In this document: positions 9,344 to 19,672 of the stretch, in pieces | Layout of the letters: every line of letters begins with the position of its first letter | How positions within the stretch are numbered: the stretch's first letter is position 1 | Source: an uncultured delta proteobacterium | GTDB lineage: Bacteria > Desulfobacterota > Syntrophorhabdia > Syntrophorhabdales > WCHB1-27 | Assembly (NCBI GenBank): GCA_963810935.1 | Contig: CAWEPK010000016.1 | Span: forward strand, 1 to 64,000 | Direction: 5' to 3' | DNA: 64,000 nt | Translations under genes and position numbers: made by a program | The notes under the pieces: model-generated | What the model was told of the DNA's origin: nothing | The model's input: the letters and a program-made list of their open reading frames with translations, nothing else | The model's database searches: none

Positions 9344-9856
9344 ATGGCAATCAAAGATCCGAAAGAGGTTTTCGTGCTCTTGCTGAGCCACGTACGGGAA
9401 GGCACCGAACGCTCGGCAAAGATTTATAAAGAATTGAGCGAAATCGCCCAGGATGAGAATATAAGAGAAGTCCTGGACGCGAGGGGTTTTCTCTCCCAGA
9501 AGATACTCAGCACCCTTGACGAATGCTTCAAGATCATAGGGGAGAAACCCATGAAAACCAGCGGACGCCTTCAAGACGTCTTCATGGAGGACTTCCGCAA
9601 GGAGCTCGGTGAGATCCAGCACCCGCTGGCGAAGCGTCTGTTTGTCCTGGCAAAGGCGCAGCACCTGATCCACCTCCGCATCGGTGAATATACGGCCCTT
9701 ATAGCGGCGGCCGACATGACGGGCAACTACGAGGTGGGCCTTCTGCTTGAGAGCTGTCTTGCGGACCAGCTTGTGATGGTCGAACGGGCACGGCGCGCCA
9801 TCAGGCACATGCTGAAAAGCAAGGTGGCGGAGAAAATGGCGGCGAGGGCCGCATAG
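9344..9856 (+). CDS. DUF892/YciF-like ferritin-like protein
   Basis: AAGGAG RBS; four-helix pattern with AKAQHLIHLRIGEYTALIAAA. Confidence 0.7.
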   Translation: MAIKDPKEVFVLLLSHVREGTERSAKIYKELSEIAQDENIREVLDARGFLSQKILSTLDECFKIIGEKPMKTSGRLQDVFMEDFRKELGEIQHPLAKRLFVLAKAQHLIHLRIGEYTALIAAADMTGNYEVGLLLESCLADQLVMVERARRAIRHMLKSKVAEKMAARAA

Positions 9857-9879
9857 TCGCACTCTTGGCGAATAAGCTG

Positions 9880-9898
9880 TCCGAACAGTCAATTCCGG
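9880..9898 (-). repeat. Right 19-bp inverted repeat flanking the DUF892 gene
   Basis: TCCGAACAGTCAATTCCGG. Confidence 0.85.
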
Positions 9899-10014
9899 TC
9901 CTTTTGACACAGTGAACATCCTGTAAGGTACAGGGCGGCGATAAGAACTATGGTCGCAAGGAGACGTTGTGTCGATTTCACCGTCCTCCTCATCACCTTA
10001 TTCGCAGCTTCCCT

Positions 10015-10443
10015 CTATGGTGCAGTGCACCGCCCGAAGAGCACTATAGCCTCATTGTCCGACGAAGCCGATAGCGCCATTTGACCTGTTTCTTTCTCGA
10101 TAACCAGGCTCCAGCCCCTTCGCTCGACACCTTGCAAAAACAGCTTCCCATCCGCCTCGCGGACAGTGCCGATGGTAGTCTCATTCTTGTCTCCGGCCTG
10201 CCGGCCCCCTGTTGCAGTGACCTTATTGCCGGCAAGGTCAAGCTTGAAGAAGACCGGGAGGCCGATATCTTCCGGGCTGGTCGTTTCGCAGCCCTGGGAG
10301 CTGTCGCAGTCAAAGGCCTTCGTAAAGGCGCAGATGATCGGGGCCGACGTATCGAGGGCAGGGGCTGCCTGCGTCGCCGGACCGAACAGGAAGATTACCG
10401 TAGCGACCCCGAATAGCAGACACAACTTTTGAAAAGAAGCCAT
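10015..10443 (-). CDS. Secreted Cys-containing hypothetical protein
   Basis: GAGGAGG RBS, signal peptide, C-x7-C-x5-C...GRCT. Confidence 0.8.
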   Translation of the reverse strand: MASFQKLCLLFGVATVIFLFGPATQAAPALDTSAPIICAFTKAFDCDSSQGCETTSPEDIGLPVFFKLDLAGNKVTATGGRQAGDKNETTIGTVREADGKLFLQGVERRGWSLVIEKETGQMALSASSDNEAIVLFGRCTAP

Positions 10444-10481
10444 CTCTTACCTCCTCGTCTCTCGCCTTGGATTCTCGCGCA

Positions 10482-10949
10482 TCATTTAACGGTATAGCCG
10501 CGGCCCTCCATGCACGCACCAAAGGCACGGTCGTAGCCTCCCCGCTCCTGACTGTACGCTGCGGCCTGCGCCTGCTGGGCGGATGCCTCCTGCTGTTTCT
10601 CACGGCGCATCCTTATCCCGCCTACGAGCCCGCCGCCCGCCGCACCTATTGCCGCACCCTTGCCCGCGCTGCCGGCTATGGCGCCCCCAGCTGCACCGAG
10701 GGCGGCGCCTCCCGCTGCTCCACGCAACGGGCTCGATTTCGACGCCGAAGTGGTCGCGGCCGGCCCTTGGGCCTGCATGGGATCAAAACCCGTCTGCTGT
10801 TTGGCCCAGGTATAGCATTGAAACTTGTCCTGCTCCATTTGGCTCTGGCCCTGACCCTTAGCAGGATATATGATCGGCTCCTGGCAAAGAGCACTCGTCG
10901 TGAATACCAAAATGAGAACAATTCCACCCAACGTTAAGTATCGGCCCAT
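10482..10949 (-). CDS. Glycine-zipper family secreted protein
   Basis: IYPAKGQ...CYTWAKQQTGFDP...GAAGGAALGAAGGAIAG...ACMEGRGYTVK. Confidence 0.85.
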   Translation of the reverse strand: MGRYLTLGGIVLILVFTTSALCQEPIIYPAKGQGQSQMEQDKFQCYTWAKQQTGFDPMQAQGPAATTSASKSSPLRGAAGGAALGAAGGAIAGSAGKGAAIGAAGGGLVGGIRMRREKQQEASAQQAQAAAYSQERGGYDRAFGACMEGRGYTVK

Positions 10950-11119
10950 ATGAATCCTCCTTTCGCCGCCATTCTATCTGCCCATGGCTGCATCGCAACG
11001 AATCGCAAGAACCGATCCACAGCCTCGTTCGGGCCGATGGGTTGGCTTACTTACATACCGGCAATATAATACCGATGCGTTTTAAGCGGAAGCGCCTGCA
11101 AGGGCATCATTCAGAGGAT

Positions 11120-11872
11120 CTATTGGCCGAGATGCAGAAGCGCATTGCGCAATGGAGCGTCGGAGAGCTTTATCAGACCCTCGGCGGGGCGGTCCAGCTC
11201 CAGGATCAGAAAGATCGCGCCGCCGACCGACATGGCGCACAGTAGCAAGACTGCAACCACTGTCCCATTGGGAGGAGAGAACAAGCCGAAACTGGCAAAG
11301 ATAACGGTGACCCAAAAGACCAGGATCACGAGGAACGGTGTAGGGACCGACGTCTCTCCCCGTTGTTCGAGGAGCAGCCACCGCGCTTCCTCCATCTCGC
11401 CGGCGATCTGTAACGCGCTTGACCGGAGCGAGCTTTGGGCATCGTTCCCGGGGGATAGTTCCAGGAGTTTGCCGCGTACGTCTTCGATGCCGGCCGGTTG
11501 GGTTCGGGGTACCATTTTGTCTTCCGGCCATACCCGATTGACGCCGGTGGCTACCGCGCGGCGCAGCAACTCGCGGGCTTCCGTCGTCTCCGGCCCGTAT
11601 CGGGCAAGAATACGGTCGAGTATGGCGATTTTGGCCCCGGCTTGCGTAAGCTCTGTATTCATCACATCAAAGCTGCCCTTTGCGGAGCTGATCAGCAGCC
11701 CGAGGACAAGGGCGGCCAGCGTCGCGATCATGCCGGTACCCAGCTTCACTGCATCTTTCGACTCATTGCCCAGATGATGTTGGGGCAGGGAAAAACGAAG
11801 GAAGAAGCCGAGAAGCGTGCCGGCGAAGATGCACGCAAAAGCGATCAGAGAAATTGCGATAGGACTCACCAT
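11120..11872 (-). CDS. DUF4239 (bestrophin-like) membrane protein
   Basis: TLAALVLGLLISSA...LILELDRP..GLI. Confidence 0.75.
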   Translation of the reverse strand: MVSPIAISLIAFACIFAGTLLGFFLRFSLPQHHLGNESKDAVKLGTGMIATLAALVLGLLISSAKGSFDVMNTELTQAGAKIAILDRILARYGPETTEARELLRRAVATGVNRVWPEDKMVPRTQPAGIEDVRGKLLELSPGNDAQSSLRSSALQIAGEMEEARWLLLEQRGETSVPTPFLVILVFWVTVIFASFGLFSPPNGTVVAVLLLCAMSVGGAIFLILELDRPAEGLIKLSDAPLRNALLHLGQ

Positions 11873-11973
11873 TCACCTTCCGTTATCGTCCCGTTTCAAT
11901 ACTGATGCCGGGCGTGAGGCGTGTCAACCCACGTGAGGCTAAAAGCGCGTGCCGGCGTTGACGGTCAGCGGAA

Positions 11974-12789
11974 ATGGACATAGTAGATATACAGAGGTTT
12001 GCAATAATAGACTTTTTTTATAGGGCAAACCCGTTTCTCTTGTGTGTGGCCCTGTGCGCCCTGTTCATTTTCGCAGAGGAGATGGGTTTTCGGGCAAGGA
12101 GAGGCAAAGCCCGCGAAAAAAACAGCATCGGGGATGCGGATATCTCCCTGATATTGGGCGGCGTTATGACTCTGCTTGCCCTTATGCTCGGCTTCACCTT
12201 CAGCCTGTCCGAGAGCCGTTTCGAAATGCGGAGGCAACTGGTTGTAGATGAAGCAAACGCCATAGGCACGACGTACCTGAGGACGCGGACGGTGCCGGAG
12301 CCCGACGGCGCCGAAATGCGGGAATTGCTCCGCAAGTACGTAGCGCTTCGGGTTGAAGGGGCCACGTCCTCGACCATTACTTTAGACCTGAGTCAGATCA
12401 TAGACCGGTCGAAGAAACTCCAGGACGCGCTCTGGGCCCGGGCTTCGGCCCTGGCAAGGCAGGACCAGAGCGCTGTTCGCGGTCTTTTGCTTCAGACCCT
12501 CAACCAGACGATAGATATCGGCACCGCGAGACTGGCCGCGTTCAAAAACCGGGTCCCCTTTTCCATTTACGCGGTGCTCTTTCTGATCTCGCTGATGGCC
12601 ATGTGGCTTATTGGATACTATTTCAGGGTGCGGGGCGGCCGGCCGGGAATGCTTGCCATGGTGCTCGCCCTCCTGATAGCGTCGGTTATGTGGCTTATCA
12701 TGGACCTTGACCAGCCCCAGCGGGGAATGATCAGGGCGAGCCAGGAAAGTCTCTACGATCTTTACGCGGATATGAATAAAGGTAACTAA
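11974..12789 (+). CDS. DUF4239 (bestrophin-like) membrane protein
   Basis: LLALMLGFTFS...EANAIGTTYLR...IMDLDQPQRGMI. Confidence 0.75.
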   Translation: MDIVDIQRFAIIDFFYRANPFLLCVALCALFIFAEEMGFRARRGKAREKNSIGDADISLILGGVMTLLALMLGFTFSLSESRFEMRRQLVVDEANAIGTTYLRTRTVPEPDGAEMRELLRKYVALRVEGATSSTITLDLSQIIDRSKKLQDALWARASALARQDQSAVRGLLLQTLNQTIDIGTARLAAFKNRVPFSIYAVLFLISLMAMWLIGYYFRVRGGRPGMLAMVLALLIASVMWLIMDLDQPQRGMIRASQESLYDLYADMNKGN

Positions 12790-12837
12790 AAGAGGCGGTA
12801 TGACGGCCGGTTCCAACATTATTGAGGAGAGAGTATT

Positions 12838-15213
12838 ATGAGTACCAATCGCAAAACTCAACGCACAGTTCTTCCCATCCCGGATCAGCCGTACACGGGC
12901 CTGACTACTTACGACGCCAAAGACCCTGACATCAAGTTCCCGCCTATCGAGCAACTGCGGCCGCCGGAAGGCGCGCCCAATGTCCTGATCATCATGTTGG
13001 ATGATGTGGGGTTTGGTGCTTCCAGCGCTTTCGGTGGCCCCTGCCAAACGCCGAGCGCGGAGAAGCTGGCGGCAGGCGGCCTGAAGTACAACCGCTTCCA
13101 CACTACGGCACTCTGCTCCCCCACGCGCCAGGCGCTCTTGACGGGGCGCAATCATCACACTGTCGGCATGGGCGGCATAACCGAGATCGCAGGCGGCGCG
13201 CCGGGCTACAGCTCGGTGCTGCCGAACACGTGCGCCCCGCTTGCGCGGACGCTGAAGCTCAACGGCTACTCCACGGCGCAGTTCGGCAAGTGTCACGAGG
13301 TACCGGTGTGGGAGACGAGCCCGGTCGGACCGTTCGACGCCTGGCCCACGGGCGGAGGCGGCTTCGAATACTTCTACGGGTTCATCGGCGGCGAGGCGAA
13401 CCAGTGGTACCCGACGCTGTATGAGGGTACGACGCCGGTTGAGCTGAAGAAGACGCCCGAAGAAGGCTATCACTTCATGGAGGACATGACCGACAAGGCT
13501 ATGACCTGGATTGCGCAGCAGAAGGCCCTTGCGCCCGACAAACCATTTTTCGCGTACTTTGTGCCCGGCGCAACCCATGCGCCTCACCACGTTCCCAGGG
13601 AATGGGCCGACAAATATAAGGGTAAGTTCGACCAGGGGTGGGACAAGCTGCGCGAAGAGACCTTTACGCGGCAGAAGAAGCTCGGCGTCATCCCGGCGGA
13701 CTGCCGGCTCACCGCGCGTCACAAGGAGATCCCCGCGTGGGATGACATGCCCGAGCCACTCAAGCCCGTGTTGCGCCGCCAGATGGAAGTATATGCGGGC
13801 TTCCTCGAATATACCGATTACCATATCGGCCGCCTCATAGACGGCCTGGACAAGCTGGGTGTCCTCGACGACACGCTTATCTATTACATCATCGGCGACA
13901 ACGGCGCTTCCGCCGAAGGCACAATCAATGGAACGTTCAACGAGATGCTCAACTTCAACGGCATGTCCTCGGTCGAGACACCGGAGTTCCTCAACGCCCG
14001 GATCGACAAGTTAGGCGGGCCGGAGTCCTATAATCACTACGCTGTCGGCTGGGCGCACGCCATGGACACACCCTACCAGTGGACCAAACAAGTCGCCTCC
14101 CATTGGGGCGGAACGCGCAACGGCACCATTGTCCACTGGCCGAAGGGCATAAAGGCGAAGGGCGAGATGCGGCGGCAGTTCCACCATGTTATCGATGTGG
14201 CGCCGACGATCCTCGAGGCGGCAGGACTTCCCGAGCCGATCTCGGTGAACGGCGTACAGCAGCGGCCCATCGAGGGTGTGAGCATGCTTTACTCCTTCAA
14301 CGACGCAAAAGCCCCAGAGCGGCACGAGACGCAGTACTTCGAGATGTTCGGCAACCGCGGCATCTACCACAAGGGCTGGACTGCGGCGACGCGGCACAAG
14401 ACGCCCTGGCTCCTTATCGGCGAGAAGACCCCTGCCTTCGACGACGACGTCTGGGAGTTATACGACACGGAAAAGGACTGGACCCAGGCCAACGACCTAT
14501 GCAGGCAAATGCCGGAGAGGCTTCACGAGCTACAGCGCCTCTGGCTCATCGAGGCGGTCAAGTACAACGTGTTGCCGCTCGACGACGACCTCGCGAAGCG
14601 CATGAACCCGGACACGGCCGGCAGGCCGACGCTCATAAAGGGGAAGACTCAGATTCTCTTTGGCGGCATGGGGCGCCTGTCGGAGAACTGTGTCCTCAAC
14701 ATCAAGAATAAATCCCATGCGGTCACCGCCCAGATCGACGTGCCGGCCTCCGGTGCCGAGGGCGTGATCGTCGCCCAGGGCGCGAACATCGGCGGCTGGA
14801 GTCTTTACGCCAAGGGCGGCAAGCTCAAGTACTGCTACAACCTGGGAGGCGTCCAACGCTTCTACGTAGAGGCCGCGAACCCTATCCCGGCGGGCGAGCA
14901 CCAGGTGCGCATGGAGTTTGCCTACGCCGGCGGCGGGCTGGGCAAGGGCGGCAAGGTGACCCTTTATATCGACGGCAAAAAGGCCGGTGAAGGGGACATA
15001 CCCGGGACGCTGGCCATGATTTTCTCTGCCGACGACGGCTGCGACGTGGGTGAGGACTCGGGCTCTCCTGTCTCCGATGACTACGGCCCGGTGGGCAACG
15101 CCTTCAAGGGTCGCGTCAGGGGGGTGGAGATCGCAATTGCCGATGCCGCCGAGAACGCGGACCACCTGGTCTCGCCCGTGGAGGCCATCCGCATTGCGAT
15201 GGCGCGGCAGTAG
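12838..15213 (+). CDS. Arylsulfatase (Cys-type), no signal peptide
   Basis: PNVLIIMLDDVGF, CSPTRQALLTGR, GDNG; C-terminal LamG-like region. Confidence 0.93.
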   Translation: MSTNRKTQRTVLPIPDQPYTGLTTYDAKDPDIKFPPIEQLRPPEGAPNVLIIMLDDVGFGASSAFGGPCQTPSAEKLAAGGLKYNRFHTTALCSPTRQALLTGRNHHTVGMGGITEIAGGAPGYSSVLPNTCAPLARTLKLNGYSTAQFGKCHEVPVWETSPVGPFDAWPTGGGGFEYFYGFIGGEANQWYPTLYEGTTPVELKKTPEEGYHFMEDMTDKAMTWIAQQKALAPDKPFFAYFVPGATHAPHHVPREWADKYKGKFDQGWDKLREETFTRQKKLGVIPADCRLTARHKEIPAWDDMPEPLKPVLRRQMEVYAGFLEYTDYHIGRLIDGLDKLGVLDDTLIYYIIGDNGASAEGTINGTFNEMLNFNGMSSVETPEFLNARIDKLGGPESYNHYAVGWAHAMDTPYQWTKQVASHWGGTRNGTIVHWPKGIKAKGEMRRQFHHVIDVAPTILEAAGLPEPISVNGVQQRPIEGVSMLYSFNDAKAPERHETQYFEMFGNRGIYHKGWTAATRHKTPWLLIGEKTPAFDDDVWELYDTEKDWTQANDLCRQMPERLHELQRLWLIEAVKYNVLPLDDDLAKRMNPDTAGRPTLIKGKTQILFGGMGRLSENCVLNIKNKSHAVTAQIDVPASGAEGVIVAQGANIGGWSLYAKGGKLKYCYNLGGVQRFYVEAANPIPAGEHQVRMEFAYAGGGLGKGGKVTLYIDGKKAGEGDIPGTLAMIFSADDGCDVGEDSGSPVSDDYGPVGNAFKGRVRGVEIAIADAAENADHLVSPVEAIRIAMARQ

Positions 15214-15228
15214 ATAACGCAAGGAAGC

Positions 15229-16365
15229 ATGATGAGAGGCGAGCGGGGCGACCCGGCAGAGAACCCGGATGCGATTACCCCCGGAGAGTACACGTTCCTC
15301 ATAGTCTGGGTGGCCTGCCTGGTGTTTCTCTATGTCGCCGGGGGGTTTTTCGCGGTCGAGATGCTCAGACACTATGCAACGGAATCGGCCAGGTCGCGGC
15401 AAGCTAAAATTGAGTCTCCGTCCGTTGATTTGAACGCTGAAGGAGCCGATCTCAGGGTCCCGTCCGGAATGAAGCCGGTCGATGTGCTTGTGGGAGGAAG
15501 CGTTAACCGTGTAGGAGACTTTGACCTGAAGCAGGCCGGCTGGACAGTAGACTTCGACCTCTGGTTTACCTGGCATGGCGATGAGATCGATCCGGGCAAG
15601 AGCTTCCGCGTTGTGAACGGCCGGACCCTGCGGCGGGAGGAAGGGGAGAGCTACAAAAGCGGTACGGAGCACTACGCCGAGTATCACGTGCTGGCGCGCA
15701 TGACGATACCTTTCGAGGGTTTGCGGTTCCCTTTCGGCGAGGAGGGACTATTCGTACAGGTGGAGGATGCTGTTCATGGGGCAGACACGCTCCGGTACGT
15801 GACCGACAAGCGGGACAGCGGGGTCTCTAGTGAAGCAATACCTCCCGGCATCGGGCTTGCCAATTTTCTCGCACTGACCAAGATCGGCAGCCACAGGTCC
15901 GGACGGGGCGAGCCCAACCCTGCGGGCGGCAAGAGTGAGGTCCGCTCCCAGTTCATATTGGCCATGCTGGTCGTGCCCGAAGGCTGGGGCATCTACCAGA
16001 AAATGTTCCAGGCGCTCTTCGCGTCCGTGGCCGTCGCCCTGATCGCCCTTTTTATCAAGCCCACTTATGTCGACAGCCGCTTCGGGCTTCCCGTAGGGGG
16101 TTTCTTCGCCAGCGTGTCCAACAACATCTACGTCGGCACGCTCCTGCCCCATGCGGACAAGCTCACACTTACGGACATGGTCAACAGGGCGAGCCTGCTC
16201 ACCATATTTTTCGTTCTTGCCGAGTCGGTGATCTCCCTTTACATCTTCGACGCCATGCGCCGCGAGCGGCTGTCCCGTATGCTCGACCGCGTCTCCTTCG
16301 CCCTGTTTTTCGTCGGGTACGCGGCTGTCAACATGGCCTTGCCCATTGCCGCGAGGCCGCTATGA
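15229..16365 (+). CDS. Pentameric ligand-gated ion channel (pLGIC) homolog
   Basis: PVDVLVG...WTVDFDLWFTW beta-sandwich, Pro-loop RFPFG, four C-terminal TM segments with M2-M3 LP...LTLTD and pre-M4 LDR. Confidence 0.65.
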   Translation: MMRGERGDPAENPDAITPGEYTFLIVWVACLVFLYVAGGFFAVEMLRHYATESARSRQAKIESPSVDLNAEGADLRVPSGMKPVDVLVGGSVNRVGDFDLKQAGWTVDFDLWFTWHGDEIDPGKSFRVVNGRTLRREEGESYKSGTEHYAEYHVLARMTIPFEGLRFPFGEEGLFVQVEDAVHGADTLRYVTDKRDSGVSSEAIPPGIGLANFLALTKIGSHRSGRGEPNPAGGKSEVRSQFILAMLVVPEGWGIYQKMFQALFASVAVALIALFIKPTYVDSRFGLPVGGFFASVSNNIYVGTLLPHADKLTLTDMVNRASLLTIFFVLAESVISLYIFDAMRRERLSRMLDRVSFALFFVGYAAVNMALPIAARPL

Positions 16366-16414
16366 AAAAGCGCGCGAGTGTGCGTGAGACTTTTGAAAAA
16401 GGAGGAAAATCGTT

Positions 16415-17894
16415 ATGGCCGACAAACAACCGAACATTCTAATCCTATGGGGAGACGACATCGGCTGGTGGAACATCACTTACAACAGCCGTGGGATGAT
16501 GGGCTACCGGACGCCCAACATAGACCGCGTCGCCAATGAAGGGGCGGCCTTCACCGACTGGTACGGGCAGCAGAGCTGCGACTGCGGGACGGGCCGCGTT
16601 CATCACCGGTCAGAACCCCATCCGCACGGGTCTGACCAAGGTCGGCATGCCTGGCGCCACGGTCGGACTTCAGCCGGAAGACCCTACCATCGCCGAAATG
16701 CTCAAGCCGCTCGGATACGTCACAGGCCAGTTCGGCAAGAACCATTTGGGCGACAGGGATGAATTCCTGCCTACCGTTCACGGCTTCGACGAATTCTTCG
16801 GCAACCTCTATCACCTGAACGCCGAGGAAGAACCCGAGCTGCCCGATTACCCGAAGGACCCTGCGTTCAAGAAAATGTTCGGGCCCCGGGGCGTGCTCCA
16901 CTCCAAGTCCGACGGTAAGGGCGGGCAGACGGTCGTGGACACGGGCCCCCTCACGAAGAAGCGTATGGAAACGATCGACGAGGAGATCACGTCGGCGGCC
17001 CTCGACTGGATGGAAAAGCAGGCCAAAGCCGGGAAGCCGTTCTTCCTCTGGTACAACTCGACGGCCATGCACTTCAGGACCCACGTCGCAGACAAGAACC
17101 GGGGCAAGAGCGGACAGGACGAGTACAGCGACCGCATGGTCGTCCACGACGAACAGATCGGCCAGATGCTCGACAAGCTCGACGAGCTGGGCATCGCCGG
17201 CAACACTATCGTCATGTACTCCACCGACAACGGCCCGGAGAACGACACCTGGCCTGACGGCGCCAATACCCCGTTCCGCGGCCAGAAGAATTCCAACTGG
17301 GAAGGCGGCTGGCGCGTCCCGTGTTTCATCCGATGGCCGGGAAAGATCAAGGCGGGATCGGTCCTGAACGGCATCTGCTCGCACCAGGACATGCTGTCCA
17401 CGCTCGCGGCCGCCGCCGGCGATCCGGACGTGAATCAAAAGCTCCTGAAGGGCTGCAAGGTCGGGGGCAAGACTTTCAAGGTACATATCGACGGGTTCAA
17501 CCTGCTGCCTTACCTGACCGGCGAGGAGAAGGACAGCCCGAGAAACTTCGTCGTCTATTTCAGCGACGACGGCGACCTTATCGCCGTGCGGGTCGGCGAC
17601 TATAAATTCAATTTGATGGAGCAACGGGCCAACACGATGGACCAGTGGGCGGAGCCGTTCGTCAAGCTCCGGGTGCCGCATATAATAAACCTCCGCCGCG
17701 ACCCGTTCGAGCGGGCCATCTTTAATTCGAACACTTACTGGGACTGGCTGGTCGATCACATACCTCAGATGTACTTGATGCAGGCGGTGGTGGCAGGGCA
17801 GGTCGAGGACTTCAAGAAATTCCCGCCCCGGCAGAAACCTGCATCGTTTAATCTGGACGCGGTGATGGCGCAGGTGGAGACGCCCCACGATTAA
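16415..17894 (+). CDS. Arylsulfatase, split by a +1 insertion at 16580 (error or pseudogene)
   Basis: [12 protein letters not shown]...[14 protein letters not shown]; removing G16580 restores CTAGR. Confidence 0.85.
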
Positions 17895-17923
17895 ATGGCC
17901 GCGTTCGGCGCCGGAGAGAACCA

Positions 17924-19207
17924 ATGACCCAGGTTAATACTCCAAAGGCGTTTCACGTCATGGCCAAGCCGACGGGCTCGGCCTGCAACCTGGACTGTAG
18001 CTACTGCTTCTTCCTTAAGAAAGAGCGGCTTTATCCCGGCAGCAATTTCCGGATGGCCGATGATGTCCATGAGGCATATATCAGGCAGCTTTTTGAGGCC
18101 CATCAAGTCCCGCAAGTAACGGTCGCCTGGCAGGGAGGCGAGCCGACCTTGATGGGCCTCGATTTCTTCCGCCGGTCGGTCGAGCTTCAAAAAAAGTATC
18201 GGAGACCGGGCACGACGATCGAGAACACGTTCCAGACGAACGGCATCCTGCTCGATGATGAGTGGTGCAGTTTCTTTCATGAAAACAGGTTCCTTATCGG
18301 CCTGAGCATGGACGGTCCGAAGGAGCTTCACGACGCCTACCGTAAGGATAAGGGAGGCCACGGGACCTTCGACCGGGTCATGAAGGCGGCGAGGCTGCTG
18401 CAGAAACACAAGGTCGATTTCAACATCCTCTGTACGGTCAATGCCAGAAACGCCGGCCACCCGCTTTCGGTCTATAGTTTTTTCCGAGACGAGCTAAACG
18501 CGCATTACATCCAGTTTATCCCTATAGTGGAGAGGGTCGATGAAAACAGCCGGCAGGGAGGGAACGAGGTCACGGACCGATCCGTTCGACCGGACCAATT
18601 CGGCAATTTCTTAATAGAGATCTTCGATGAATGGATCACGAGAGACGTCGGTCGGACGTTTGTATTGAATATCGATGGGGCGCTGGCGGGTTGGCTCGGT
18701 ATAGCGGGTACCGTCTGCATCTTCGGGCCGGCCTGCGGCCTGGGGATGGCGCTGGAGCACAACGGCGACCTCTACTGTTGCGATCATTTCGTGGAGCCGG
18801 CGCACCTCTTGGGAAACATCCTCGCAACCCCCATGATCGAGCTCGCGTCCTCGGAAAACCAACGGAGATTCGGTCAGGACAAGAAAGATAAGTTACCCCG
18901 CCATTGCCGGGAATGCGACGTCCTCTTCGCCTGCAACGGTGAGTGTCCCAGGAACCGCTTCATCGAGACCCCCGATGGCGAGCGCGGGCTCAATTACCTC
19001 TGCGCGGGGTACAAGGCCTTTTTCAAGCACGCCGACCATCCCATGACGATCATGGCGAACCTCATCCGCGAGGGTCGCCCCGCCGGCGAGATCATGCGGC
19101 CGCACGGCGCGCCGGGAATGATGCCGGCGGCGGGAGGGGCCAGGGCAGGCCGCAACGATCCTTGTCCATGCGGGAGCGGAAAGAAATTCAAACGCTGTCA
19201 CGGATAG
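17924..19207 (+). CDS. Anaerobic sulfatase maturase (radical SAM/SPASM) with C-terminal SEC-C motif
   Basis: KPTGSACNLDCSYC, WQGGEPTL, CCDHF, CNGECP, GRNDPCPCGSGKKFKRCHG. Confidence 0.92.
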   Translation: MTQVNTPKAFHVMAKPTGSACNLDCSYCFFLKKERLYPGSNFRMADDVHEAYIRQLFEAHQVPQVTVAWQGGEPTLMGLDFFRRSVELQKKYRRPGTTIENTFQTNGILLDDEWCSFFHENRFLIGLSMDGPKELHDAYRKDKGGHGTFDRVMKAARLLQKHKVDFNILCTVNARNAGHPLSVYSFFRDELNAHYIQFIPIVERVDENSRQGGNEVTDRSVRPDQFGNFLIEIFDEWITRDVGRTFVLNIDGALAGWLGIAGTVCIFGPACGLGMALEHNGDLYCCDHFVEPAHLLGNILATPMIELASSENQRRFGQDKKDKLPRHCRECDVLFACNGECPRNRFIETPDGERGLNYLCAGYKAFFKHADHPMTIMANLIREGRPAGEIMRPHGAPGMMPAAGGARAGRNDPCPCGSGKKFKRCHG

Positions 19208-19260
19208 AAGCTGTTCGCAATCCGATCGGGGTGGAGTGAGGAGATAAACAGAGTGTCAGC

Positions 19261-19638
19261 ATGGAGGATATAATTGCGAGAATTTTCGATAACATGGCGG
19301 ACCGGGTAACCGGACCTATGAAATTCAGGCTGATCTTCCAGCCGCTCATGGCTGCCATCTTCGCCGTGCGTTCCGGACTAAAGACGCGAGAGAAGGCAAG
19401 CCTGCCTATTTTTGGGGACTTTTTACCGAGCCGGATAAGCGGCGGGAAATGTTACGGGATGGCTGGAAATCGGTGGGGAGGGTCTTCATTCTTGCGGTTA
19501 TTATGGATATCGTTTTTCAGTTGATCGTTTTTCGATGGGTCTATCCGGGTCGAAGCGCTTATCGTGGCCATGGTCCTTGCTATTGTGCCGTACATACTGA
19601 TTCGAGGTCCCGTGAACAGGATAGCGCGGCATGGGTAA
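19261..19638 (+). CDS. Conserved membrane hypothetical protein with two frameshifts (~19382, ~19550)
   Basis: GPMKFRLIFQP|DAREGKPAYFW...DGWKSVGRVF...YPG|EALIVAMVLAIVPYILIRGPVNR reads as one protein across three frames. Confidence 0.65.
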
Positions 19639-19672
19639 CAAGACTCAAGTCGTGATTGGAGGCATATAGAGG

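Noticed and set aside
12382..17924. Long antisense ORFs (480, 385 and 457 aa) opposite the sulfatases
   Set aside because: Shadow ORFs from high-GC codon bias, with no motifs
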